Assembly: GCA_947627155.1 (NCBI GenBank)
Contig: CANQUX010000006.1
Coordinates: forward strand, 10,894-74,893
Direction: 5' to 3'
DNA length: 64,000 nt
Origin: an uncultured Alphaproteobacteria bacterium
GTDB lineage: Bacteria > Pseudomonadota > Alphaproteobacteria > CAAHEQ01 > UBA3637
A program made the position numbers and the translations under genes. Positions 22,541-31,232 of the stretch are shown here, in pieces. Numbering within the stretch: the first letter of the stretch is position 1; the number at the start of each line of letters is the position of its first letter. The notes beneath the pieces are model-generated. The model saw nothing but the letters and a program-made list of their open reading frames with translations, made no database searches and was not told the DNA's origin.

Positions 22541-22696
22541 AAACGTACGATTTTTGCAACACTTTTTTTTGATTTTTTCAAAAAAAATTTAATTTAAGCC
22601 GAAATAATTGATTTTTTGAGTGTTTTTAAGGGGTGATTTTTTGCTTTTTGCAGGCAAATTTTGCCCCGGAAACCGCGTTGCATTAAAGGTAGGTTT
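22541..22696. promoter_or_regulatory. Invertible promoter cassette 2 (A arm gene-proximal, predicted ON)
   Basis: AAACGTACGATTTTTGCAAC 22541-22560 and GTTGCATTAAAGGTAGGTTT 22677-22696; gives TTGCAA-17-TATGCT toward pilin A. Confidence 0.82.
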
Positions 22697-22784
22697 TATT
22701 TGTGCAACTCATATCAAAATAAATACCCTGATGAAAGTCAATCAACAGTTTGAAAAATGATAAAATTGAAAAATTTTAAAACAA

Positions 22785-22823
22785 AAAATAAAATCCGCTT
22801 CTTTTAAAAGCGGATTTTATTTT
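22785..22823. terminator. Bidirectional-type intrinsic terminator (copies near 23765, 26973, 27953)
   Basis: AAAAATAAAATCCGCTT-CTTTTA-AAGCGGATTTTATTTTT. Confidence 0.75.
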
Positions 22824-22915
22824 TGAAGCTTAAATGCCGTTTAAGCTTTTTCTTGGTATTACGAAAGATTGTTATCGTGATTTTTCAAATTTCCTCTTTG
22901 ATTAATGTTAAAATC

Positions 22916-23614
22916 TTAACTCTCTTTAACTTCCGTAATTTTGTTACCCGATGAAGCAAAAAGGTGTTGCGACATATCTTTTCCGGCATTTTCTGTGGCT
23001 TCGTTCATGGCTTTGAAGGCTTTTTCCCAAAATTGCGGAGAAAGAGGAAGACCACCTGCATCTTTAAAAATCTCTTGAACTATATTGGAGGTGAATATTT
23101 GTTGTGCCGAAAGGGCACCGGGCAATTCCAAGGCGGAAGCATAAATGCTCGCGGCTTGCAACCATTTATTATCCCAGCTTTTTTTGCCGTCGGAAACAGC
23201 CAAATCCGTTGCTTTTTCCTGATAAAATTTTAATTTTTCATAGGCTTGCTTTTTACCGGCACTATCTAAATCTTTCCACTTTCTGATACCCGAAAGCAAC
23301 CCCGATTTTCCATTACCGCGTTCATCAACATATCCGTAGAACTGTTTGGCAGCATTGATTGATTTTGAATAAATCATTCGACCCAGCTTATTTAAAAGGC
23401 TATTATCTTTTTCAATTTTTTCAATTTTTATATCAAAAACGCCGGCATCGGCCGGATTGTTTGAAAAAAGCTTATTGGAAGGAATATCCGACAATCTGAT
23501 ATGGAAATCTTCTTTATTATCAATATCATCAGCCACAGTTTTATATTCGTTATCCGTTAAGCCGATAATATCTTTGGCAATAATTTCATAAGCTCTTTTA
23601 GTTGATGTTAACAT
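22916..23614 (-). CDS. Hypothetical protein, paralog of the 379-aa protein (copy 1)
   Basis: 232-aa ORF with AAGGAG RBS; shares GLL.G.RK.KD.D and KWL.AA......LPG with the 25541 gene. Confidence 0.75.
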   Translation of the reverse strand: MLTSTKRAYEIIAKDIIGLTDNEYKTVADDIDNKEDFHIRLSDIPSNKLFSNNPADAGVFDIKIEKIEKDNSLLNKLGRMIYSKSINAAKQFYGYVDERGNGKSGLLSGIRKWKDLDSAGKKQAYEKLKFYQEKATDLAVSDGKKSWDNKWLQAASIYASALELPGALSAQQIFTSNIVQEIFKDAGGLPLSPQFWEKAFKAMNEATENAGKDMSQHLFASSGNKITEVKES

Positions 23615-23668
23615 GTAATCTCCTTATCTTTTGTTAAAATATTAACCCGATAATGGAGAGTATACATT

Positions 23669-23688
23669 AAACGTGCGTTTTTTGCAAC
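23669..23688 (-). promoter_or_regulatory. Solo, core-mutated switch site forming a fixed promoter (copy at 27857-27876)
   Basis: - strand TTGCAA-aaaacgcacgtttaatg-TATACT; core GCAC instead of GTAC; no partner repeat seen. Confidence 0.65.
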
Positions 23689-23818
23689 GATTTTTTCGAC
23701 ACTTTTCAATCACTTATAAAAAAAATAAAAGAGAGGAAAAAAAAACATTTTAAAACAAGAAATAAATAAAATCCGCTTCTTTTAAAAGCGGATTTTATTT
23801 TTGAAACTTAAATGCCGT

Positions 23819-25528
23819 TTAAGCATTTTCGGCTCTTTGCGGCCTTTCAGCAGGCAAACTCTCCTCCGGAACCGATTGCGCATTTTGTGCTAAAACCGAT
23901 GTCGGGGGCGTTTGTTGAGTTTGCTTCCCCTGTTCCGGCGATAATGCTTTTTCTTCTCTTACCGCAGGTTTTTCAGGTTGTTGGTTTCTCCCCAGATCGG
24001 GTAAGGCGGGTTTTTTGCTTTCATCGCGTTCAAGCGTGATGTTTTTTCCTTCATATTCTTCTCTTACCGCAGGTTTTTCACCTGATTGCTGTTGCGACTG
24101 TTCGGGTAAGGCGTTTTTTTTGCTTTCATCGCGCTCAATCGTAATGGTTTTTTCTTCATATCCGGGCAGTTTTTTCGTATTATATGAATATCTGTGATTA
24201 ACCCGAACGCCGGCAATGGCATACCCTTTGGAAGAAACGGCATTTTCAACACCTTTAATGTTTTCAACAACCGCGTTTTTGTCATTTTCGTTCAATTCAC
24301 CGTTCCCTAACGCATGAACAGATTGCCGGAAATCACCTTTCATAATTTCTTGTGCCGACCCAAGCGATTTTTTGGTGCGTTTTCCGTTTTCTATCTGATA
24401 CACAATTTCTTTGGGATGATACAATTCTCTGGCTTGAAGCATTTTATAGGCATATATTTCGCTGTTGGAGCAAGGTTTTCCCTCTTTGGTGGCTCCAATA
24501 GGCAATTTCCCTTCTTTTTCAAGCTGTTGCATATTTTTAACCATTGTATCCACTTGTTTTTGCGTGATCAGTTTTCTTTTAACAAACCCGGCTAACCGTG
24601 CTTGTGCATGAGCCACGTCCGCCTCTGAATATTGATGAACGACAATCGTTTCATGGGGACGCGGCATCGGACGAGTTCTTTCGATGTCATTTAAAGGACG
24701 AGCCCGATCGTTAATGTCTTTGACTTCTATTTTTGATAAAGTTATTTTAGGTTTAACAACCTTATCTAACCGATCTTTCAATTGATTTTTCATTTCATCA
24801 GAAACAGAAGCATTGGTAATATCATCCGAGGTAACGCAGTATGTACCGTTTTTTGAATGACGAGACATAAAACCGTGATCAAATTTTTCAAGCGTTTTAC
24901 CGATGGTTGCCATTTCTTTGGTATAATCACAGGTATCAAGATAATAATGAACAGCCGTTTTTACACCTTGTCCGGCAAACGAATCAATCATACTTTTAGA
25001 AAGTGTTTCCTGATTTTTATAACAGGGTAAACTTGCAATAACATTCGGAAAATTTTCCAATTCTTTTCCGATAATTCCCCGATTGACCGCCTGCTCCCAT
25101 TTAATGCGATCACCCGCAGCGTTTTCTAAATAAGAAGCATCATTCGAATATGTATATTCGGGCATTGTTTTGTTAAAGATTGTCTTCATATAATGAACTT
25201 TGGCAACGGCATTTGCTTCTTGTTGCATCGCCTGACGCGCAATTTGCCGTTGTTGCATACTCACCTGTCGAGCAATCGGATCATTCGGAGAAATTCCACT
25301 CGGAACGGCAACCTGATTCAGTGCCATCGCAGGTAAAATACCCTGTTGAACCCCTTCTTCCAAAGTTAAAGATTGCTTTGTACGGCGGTTGATAAAACGA
25401 GATTGATTATTTTCAACAACCCATTGATAACCGTTTTGGTTAGCATTCAGCAAAACAATATTTTGCCAATAGAAAAAATCATTTAATTGCTGTAATGCAT
25501 TATTTTGAGCTTGAGGTGTATCAGCCAT
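23819..25528 (-). CDS. Hypothetical protein with C-terminal internal repeat (copy 1)
   Basis: 569 aa; AGGAGG RBS; IT.ERDESKK.ALP...EKPAVREE occurs twice. Confidence 0.8.
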   Translation of the reverse strand: MADTPQAQNNALQQLNDFFYWQNIVLLNANQNGYQWVVENNQSRFINRRTKQSLTLEEGVQQGILPAMALNQVAVPSGISPNDPIARQVSMQQRQIARQAMQQEANAVAKVHYMKTIFNKTMPEYTYSNDASYLENAAGDRIKWEQAVNRGIIGKELENFPNVIASLPCYKNQETLSKSMIDSFAGQGVKTAVHYYLDTCDYTKEMATIGKTLEKFDHGFMSRHSKNGTYCVTSDDITNASVSDEMKNQLKDRLDKVVKPKITLSKIEVKDINDRARPLNDIERTRPMPRPHETIVVHQYSEADVAHAQARLAGFVKRKLITQKQVDTMVKNMQQLEKEGKLPIGATKEGKPCSNSEIYAYKMLQARELYHPKEIVYQIENGKRTKKSLGSAQEIMKGDFRQSVHALGNGELNENDKNAVVENIKGVENAVSSKGYAIAGVRVNHRYSYNTKKLPGYEEKTITIERDESKKNALPEQSQQQSGEKPAVREEYEGKNITLERDESKKPALPDLGRNQQPEKPAVREEKALSPEQGKQTQQTPPTSVLAQNAQSVPEESLPAERPQRAENA

Positions 25529-25540
25529 TATATCCTCCTG

Positions 25541-26680
25541 TTATTCATCACGACCGTTATTTGTATTCGTGCCGATAGTTTTTATTTGGATATCATTTGA
25601 ATCTCCTTCAATTTCGGCCGTAATATTTTCCGCATTGTCAAAACGCATTTTATGTTCTTGTCTGTTTTCTTCTGCATCAGGTGTTATTTTGCTGACCGGA
25701 TGATCTTGGCGATTAATGTCATGATAGACGTCAGGATGAATGTCACGATAATCTTCTTCATGATTATTGACTTCGGTTCTCACATTGTCATCAATTGTCG
25801 GATATAAATCATTTGAATGATCCGGTTCGACAACTTGTTGAACTTCGGTGCCGACTTTTAAGAATTGATAATAAGTAGAAATATCCTGATTATTCGGTAC
25901 CGGCGGCACAGGAACCGGTTGAGGAATCGGTTGAGGAACCGGTTGATCATTGACATTTGTTGCTTCTAACTCTCCTTTTGCTTTTGCGAGTGAATCAAAG
26001 ACGGCTTTACGCATGGCACCTTGGTTTGTTCGCGGCAGAACGGAGGTGCTTGAAAATAATAACGCAGCGCCGTCGTTTGCTTCGGAAGCATTAAATCCTT
26101 TTCCTTCGGTATGAAAATCTTGAATGGATTTCATACCCGGTAATCCCATGTGTACGGATAAAATATAAGCGGCACGCAACCATTTTTGAGAACCATTGTC
26201 TTCTTTTGAGGCTTGTTGCATCATGCCATCCAGCTTTTCCAAAACATCTTTTTGCGTTTCTTTATCCATATCTTTAAACTTTCTAAGACCGTTTAAAAGA
26301 CCGGGAATTTTATCACCGAATTTATCTGTTCCGCCGTAAACATTATGATAAATGTTATTTCGGCTCGGTGAAGAGGTTTCTTTATTCGTCATATTGAAGA
26401 GAGTGTCTAAAAAAGTTGAAGAATCAGTCCGCGGAACAATTAAATCTTCTTTTGAAATATTATTCGAATAAAAACCGCTTTCCGGAATTTTTAATTCAGA
26501 CAGCTTGATCGGATCCGTTAAATCGAGTTTATCGGCTTGTTCTTTCGGAACACCACAGAAAGCCAATAAAATTGCACAGGTTTTTTCACCGACTCCGTCT
26601 TGTGAACCACTGAACACACCGCCGATTGCATTAGAAAATGCTTCTACCGTATCATAGAAATGTTGGTCAATACTTGCCAT
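25541..26680 (-). CDS. Hypothetical protein with PQP linker (copy 1)
   Basis: 379 aa; GAAAGGA RBS; first gene behind cassette 3. Confidence 0.8.
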   Translation of the reverse strand: MASIDQHFYDTVEAFSNAIGGVFSGSQDGVGEKTCAILLAFCGVPKEQADKLDLTDPIKLSELKIPESGFYSNNISKEDLIVPRTDSSTFLDTLFNMTNKETSSPSRNNIYHNVYGGTDKFGDKIPGLLNGLRKFKDMDKETQKDVLEKLDGMMQQASKEDNGSQKWLRAAYILSVHMGLPGMKSIQDFHTEGKGFNASEANDGAALLFSSTSVLPRTNQGAMRKAVFDSLAKAKGELEATNVNDQPVPQPIPQPVPVPPVPNNQDISTYYQFLKVGTEVQQVVEPDHSNDLYPTIDDNVRTEVNNHEEDYRDIHPDVYHDINRQDHPVSKITPDAEENRQEHKMRFDNAENITAEIEGDSNDIQIKTIGTNTNNGRDE

Positions 26681-26728
26681 TTTTTTATCCTTTCAAAAAA
26701 GTTAACCCCCTGTCGGGTATTATACAAT

Positions 26729-26884
26729 AAACGTACGATTTTTGCAACACTTTTTTTTGATTTTTTCAAAAAAAATTTAATTTAAGCCGAAATAATTGAT
26801 TTTTTGAGTGTTTTTAAGGGGTGATTTTTTGCTTTTTGCAGGCAAATTTTGCCCCGGAAACCGCGTTGCATTAAAGGTAGGTTT
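26729..26884. promoter_or_regulatory. Invertible promoter cassette 3 (duplicate of cassette 2 interior; A arm proximal, predicted ON)
   Basis: - strand TTGCAA-aaatcgtacgtttattg-TATAAT; sits at the duplication junction. Confidence 0.8.
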
Positions 26885-27103
26885 TATTTGTGCAACTCAT
26901 ATCAAAATAAATACCCTGATGAAAGTCAATCAACAGTTTGAAAAATGATAAAATTGAAAAATTTTAAAACAAAAAATAAAATCCGCTTCTTTTAAAAGCG
27001 GATTTTATTTTTGAAGCTTAAATGCCGTTTAAGCTTTTTCTTGGTATTACGAAAGATTGTTATCGTGATTTTTCAAATTTCCTCTTTGATTAATGTTAAA
27101 ATC

Positions 27104-27802
27104 TTAACTCTCTTTAACTTCCGTAATTTTGTTACCCGATGAAGCAAAAAGGTGTTGCGACATATCTTTTCCGGCATTTTCTGTGGCTTCGTTCATGGCT
27201 TTGAAGGCTTTTTCCCAAAATTGCGGAGAAAGAGGAAGACCACCTGCATCTTTAAAAATCTCTTGAACTATATTGGAGGTGAATATTTGTTGTGCCGAAA
27301 GGGCACCGGGCAATTCCAAGGCGGAAGCATAAATGCTCGCGGCTTGCAACCATTTATTATCCCAGCTTTTTTTGCCGTCGGAAACAGCCAAATCCGTTGC
27401 TTTTTCCTGATAAAATTTTAATTTTTCATAGGCTTGCTTTTTACCGGCACTATCTAAATCTTTCCACTTTCTGATACCCGAAAGCAACCCCGATTTTCCA
27501 TTACCGCGTTCATCAACATATCCGTAGAACTGTTTGGCAGCATTGATTGATTTTGAATAAATCATTCGACCCAGCTTATTTAAAAGGCTATTATCTTTTT
27601 CAATTTTTTCAATTTTTATATCAAAAACGCCGGCATCGGCCGGATTGTTTGAAAAAAGCTTATTGGAAGGAATATCCGACAATCTGATATGGAAATCTTC
27701 TTTATTATCAATATCATCAGCCACAGTTTTATATTCGTTATCCGTTAAGCCGATAATATCTTTGGCAATAATTTCATAAGCTCTTTTAGTTGATGTTAAC
27801 AT
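27104..27802 (-). CDS. Hypothetical protein (copy 2 of 22916..23614)
   Basis: Identical translation. Confidence 0.75.
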   Translation of the reverse strand: MLTSTKRAYEIIAKDIIGLTDNEYKTVADDIDNKEDFHIRLSDIPSNKLFSNNPADAGVFDIKIEKIEKDNSLLNKLGRMIYSKSINAAKQFYGYVDERGNGKSGLLSGIRKWKDLDSAGKKQAYEKLKFYQEKATDLAVSDGKKSWDNKWLQAASIYASALELPGALSAQQIFTSNIVQEIFKDAGGLPLSPQFWEKAFKAMNEATENAGKDMSQHLFASSGNKITEVKES

Positions 27803-28006
27803 GTAATCTCCTTATCTTTTGTTAAAATATTAACCCGATAATGGAGAGTATACATTAAACGTGCGTTTTTTGCAACGATTTTTTCGACACTTTTCAATCA
27901 CTTATAAAAAAAATAAAAGAGAGGAAAAAAAAACATTTTAAAACAAGAAATAAATAAAATCCGCTTCTTTTAAAAGCGGATTTTATTTTTGAAACTTAAA
28001 TGCCGT

Positions 28007-29716
28007 TTAAGCATTTTCGGCTCTTTGCGGCCTTTCAGCAGGCAAACTCTCCTCCGGAACCGATTGCGCATTTTGTGCTAAAACCGATGTCGGGGGCGTT
28101 TGTTGAGTTTGCTTCCCCTGTTCCGGCGATAATGCTTTTTCTTCTCTTACCGCAGGTTTTTCAGGTTGTTGGTTTCTCCCCAGATCGGGTAAGGCGGGTT
28201 TTTTGCTTTCATCGCGTTCAAGCGTGATGTTTTTTCCTTCATATTCTTCTCTTACCGCAGGTTTTTCACCTGATTGCTGTTGCGACTGTTCGGGTAAGGC
28301 GTTTTTTTTGCTTTCATCGCGCTCAATCGTAATGGTTTTTTCTTCATATCCGGGCAGTTTTTTCGTATTATATGAATATCTGTGATTAACCCGAACGCCG
28401 GCAATGGCATACCCTTTGGAAGAAACGGCATTTTCAACACCTTTAATGTTTTCAACAACCGCGTTTTTGTCATTTTCGTTCAATTCACCGTTCCCTAACG
28501 CATGAACAGATTGCCGGAAATCACCTTTCATAATTTCTTGTGCCGACCCAAGCGATTTTTTGGTGCGTTTTCCGTTTTCTATCTGATACACAATTTCTTT
28601 GGGATGATACAATTCTCTGGCTTGAAGCATTTTATAGGCATATATTTCGCTGTTGGAGCAAGGTTTTCCCTCTTTGGTGGCTCCAATAGGCAATTTCCCT
28701 TCTTTTTCAAGCTGTTGCATATTTTTAACCATTGTATCCACTTGTTTTTGCGTGATCAGTTTTCTTTTAACAAACCCGGCTAACCGTGCTTGTGCATGAG
28801 CCACGTCCGCCTCTGAATATTGATGAACGACAATCGTTTCATGGGGACGCGGCATCGGACGAGTTCTTTCGATGTCATTTAAAGGACGAGCCCGATCGTT
28901 AATGTCTTTGACTTCTATTTTTGATAAAGTTATTTTAGGTTTAACAACCTTATCTAACCGATCTTTCAATTGATTTTTCATTTCATCAGAAACAGAAGCA
29001 TTGGTAATATCATCCGAGGTAACGCAGTATGTACCGTTTTTTGAATGACGAGACATAAAACCGTGATCAAATTTTTCAAGCGTTTTACCGATGGTTGCCA
29101 TTTCTTTGGTATAATCACAGGTATCAAGATAATAATGAACAGCCGTTTTTACACCTTGTCCGGCAAACGAATCAATCATACTTTTAGAAAGTGTTTCCTG
29201 ATTTTTATAACAGGGTAAACTTGCAATAACATTCGGAAAATTTTCCAATTCTTTTCCGATAATTCCCCGATTGACCGCCTGCTCCCATTTAATGCGATCA
29301 CCCGCAGCGTTTTCTAAATAAGAAGCATCATTCGAATATGTATATTCGGGCATTGTTTTGTTAAAGATTGTCTTCATATAATGAACTTTGGCAACGGCAT
29401 TTGCTTCTTGTTGCATCGCCTGACGCGCAATTTGCCGTTGTTGCATACTCACCTGTCGAGCAATCGGATCATTCGGAGAAATTCCACTCGGAACGGCAAC
29501 CTGATTCAGTGCCATCGCAGGTAAAATACCCTGTTGAACCCCTTCTTCCAAAGTTAAAGATTGCTTTGTACGGCGGTTGATAAAACGAGATTGATTATTT
29601 TCAACAACCCATTGATAACCGTTTTGGTTAGCATTCAGCAAAACAATATTTTGCCAATAGAAAAAATCATTTAATTGCTGTAATGCATTATTTTGAGCTT
29701 GAGGTGTATCAGCCAT
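28007..29716 (-). CDS. Hypothetical protein (copy 2 of 23819..25528)
   Basis: Identical translation. Confidence 0.8.
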   Translation of the reverse strand: MADTPQAQNNALQQLNDFFYWQNIVLLNANQNGYQWVVENNQSRFINRRTKQSLTLEEGVQQGILPAMALNQVAVPSGISPNDPIARQVSMQQRQIARQAMQQEANAVAKVHYMKTIFNKTMPEYTYSNDASYLENAAGDRIKWEQAVNRGIIGKELENFPNVIASLPCYKNQETLSKSMIDSFAGQGVKTAVHYYLDTCDYTKEMATIGKTLEKFDHGFMSRHSKNGTYCVTSDDITNASVSDEMKNQLKDRLDKVVKPKITLSKIEVKDINDRARPLNDIERTRPMPRPHETIVVHQYSEADVAHAQARLAGFVKRKLITQKQVDTMVKNMQQLEKEGKLPIGATKEGKPCSNSEIYAYKMLQARELYHPKEIVYQIENGKRTKKSLGSAQEIMKGDFRQSVHALGNGELNENDKNAVVENIKGVENAVSSKGYAIAGVRVNHRYSYNTKKLPGYEEKTITIERDESKKNALPEQSQQQSGEKPAVREEYEGKNITLERDESKKPALPDLGRNQQPEKPAVREEKALSPEQGKQTQQTPPTSVLAQNAQSVPEESLPAERPQRAENA

Positions 29717-29728
29717 TATATCCTCCTG

Positions 29729-30868
29729 TTATTCATCACGACCGTTATTTGTATTCGTGCCGATAGTTTTTATTTGGATATCATTTGAATCTCCTTCAAT
29801 TTCGGCCGTAATATTTTCCGCATTGTCAAAACGCATTTTATGTTCTTGTCTGTTTTCTTCTGCATCAGGTGTTATTTTGCTGACCGGATGATCTTGGCGA
29901 TTAATGTCATGATAGACGTCAGGATGAATGTCACGATAATCTTCTTCATGATTATTGACTTCGGTTCTCACATTGTCATCAATTGTCGGATATAAATCAT
30001 TTGAATGATCCGGTTCGACAACTTGTTGAACTTCGGTGCCGACTTTTAAGAATTGATAATAAGTAGAAATATCCTGATTATTCGGTACCGGCGGCACAGG
30101 AACCGGTTGAGGAATCGGTTGAGGAACCGGTTGATCATTGACATTTGTTGCTTCTAACTCTCCTTTTGCTTTTGCGAGTGAATCAAAGACGGCTTTACGC
30201 ATGGCACCTTGGTTTGTTCGCGGCAGAACGGAGGTGCTTGAAAATAATAACGCAGCGCCGTCGTTTGCTTCGGAAGCATTAAATCCTTTTCCTTCGGTAT
30301 GAAAATCTTGAATGGATTTCATACCCGGTAATCCCATGTGTACGGATAAAATATAAGCGGCACGCAACCATTTTTGAGAACCATTGTCTTCTTTTGAGGC
30401 TTGTTGCATCATGCCATCCAGCTTTTCCAAAACATCTTTTTGCGTTTCTTTATCCATATCTTTAAACTTTCTAAGACCGTTTAAAAGACCGGGAATTTTA
30501 TCACCGAATTTATCTGTTCCGCCGTAAACATTATGATAAATGTTATTTCGGCTCGGTGAAGAGGTTTCTTTATTCGTCATATTGAAGAGAGTGTCTAAAA
30601 AAGTTGAAGAATCAGTCCGCGGAACAATTAAATCTTCTTTTGAAATATTATTCGAATAAAAACCGCTTTCCGGAATTTTTAATTCAGACAGCTTGATCGG
30701 ATCCGTTAAATCGAGTTTATCGGCTTGTTCTTTCGGAACACCACAGAAAGCCAATAAAATTGCACAGGTTTTTTCACCGACTCCGTCTTGTGAACCACTG
30801 AACACACCGCCGATTGCATTAGAAAATGCTTCTACCGTATCATAGAAATGTTGGTCAATACTTGCCAT
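29729..30868 (-). CDS. Hypothetical protein (copy 2 of 25541..26680)
   Basis: Identical translation. Confidence 0.8.
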   Translation of the reverse strand: MASIDQHFYDTVEAFSNAIGGVFSGSQDGVGEKTCAILLAFCGVPKEQADKLDLTDPIKLSELKIPESGFYSNNISKEDLIVPRTDSSTFLDTLFNMTNKETSSPSRNNIYHNVYGGTDKFGDKIPGLLNGLRKFKDMDKETQKDVLEKLDGMMQQASKEDNGSQKWLRAAYILSVHMGLPGMKSIQDFHTEGKGFNASEANDGAALLFSSTSVLPRTNQGAMRKAVFDSLAKAKGELEATNVNDQPVPQPIPQPVPVPPVPNNQDISTYYQFLKVGTEVQQVVEPDHSNDLYPTIDDNVRTEVNNHEEDYRDIHPDVYHDINRQDHPVSKITPDAEENRQEHKMRFDNAENITAEIEGDSNDIQIKTIGTNTNNGRDE

Positions 30869-30916
30869 TTTTTTATCCTTTCAAAAAAGTTAACCCCCTG
30901 TCGGGTATTATACAAT

Positions 30917-31072
30917 AAACGTACGATTTATGCAACACTTTTTTTTAAAATTTTGAAAAAAAATTTTTTTAAGGCACAATTTTTTGATTTTTAAAGGTTT
31001 TTTACTTGTTTGTCTGGCTTTTTGCAAGTGCTTGAAAAGTGTCGAAAAAATCGTTGCATTAAAGGTACGTTT
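30917..31072. promoter_or_regulatory. Invertible promoter cassette 4 (A-type arm proximal to the 30868 gene, predicted ON)
   Basis: AAACGTACGATTTATGCAAC 30917-30936 and GTTGCATTAAAGGTACGTTT 31053-31072; TATAAT outside on the - strand; interior nearly identical to cassette 5. Confidence 0.8.
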
Positions 31073-31177
31073 TATTTATGCATATTCAAAAAATTTACCT
31101 TAACAAAGAAAGCCGAAAAAACGGCGTATAACCTTATTGATATTTTTATCTTTTTATTTTTTTTGACAAAAAAATGC

Positions 31178-31206
31178 TTGACGGAACGGAAAAGAAAACG
31201 TAAACT
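31178..31206 (+). promoter_or_regulatory. Putative sigma70 promoter of ptsP
   Basis: TTGACG-17-TAAACT preceded by an A-tract. Confidence 0.55.
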
Positions 31207-31232
31207 GAAAAAAACAAAAACGGGGTAATTTT

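Larger units (their letters stand above)
22540..30929. repeat. 4188-bp direct tandem duplication (units 22540-26727 and 26728-30915, identity extends to 30929)
   Basis: All ORFs recur with identical translation at an offset of 4188; both ends fall in TAAACGTACGATTT. Confidence 0.95.

Noticed and set aside
31010-31228. Small ORFs overlapping cassettes or rpmH (31010..31228, 37396..37584, 61294..61557)
   Set aside because: Low-complexity translations of AT-rich regulatory DNA, or an alternative frame of rpmH.
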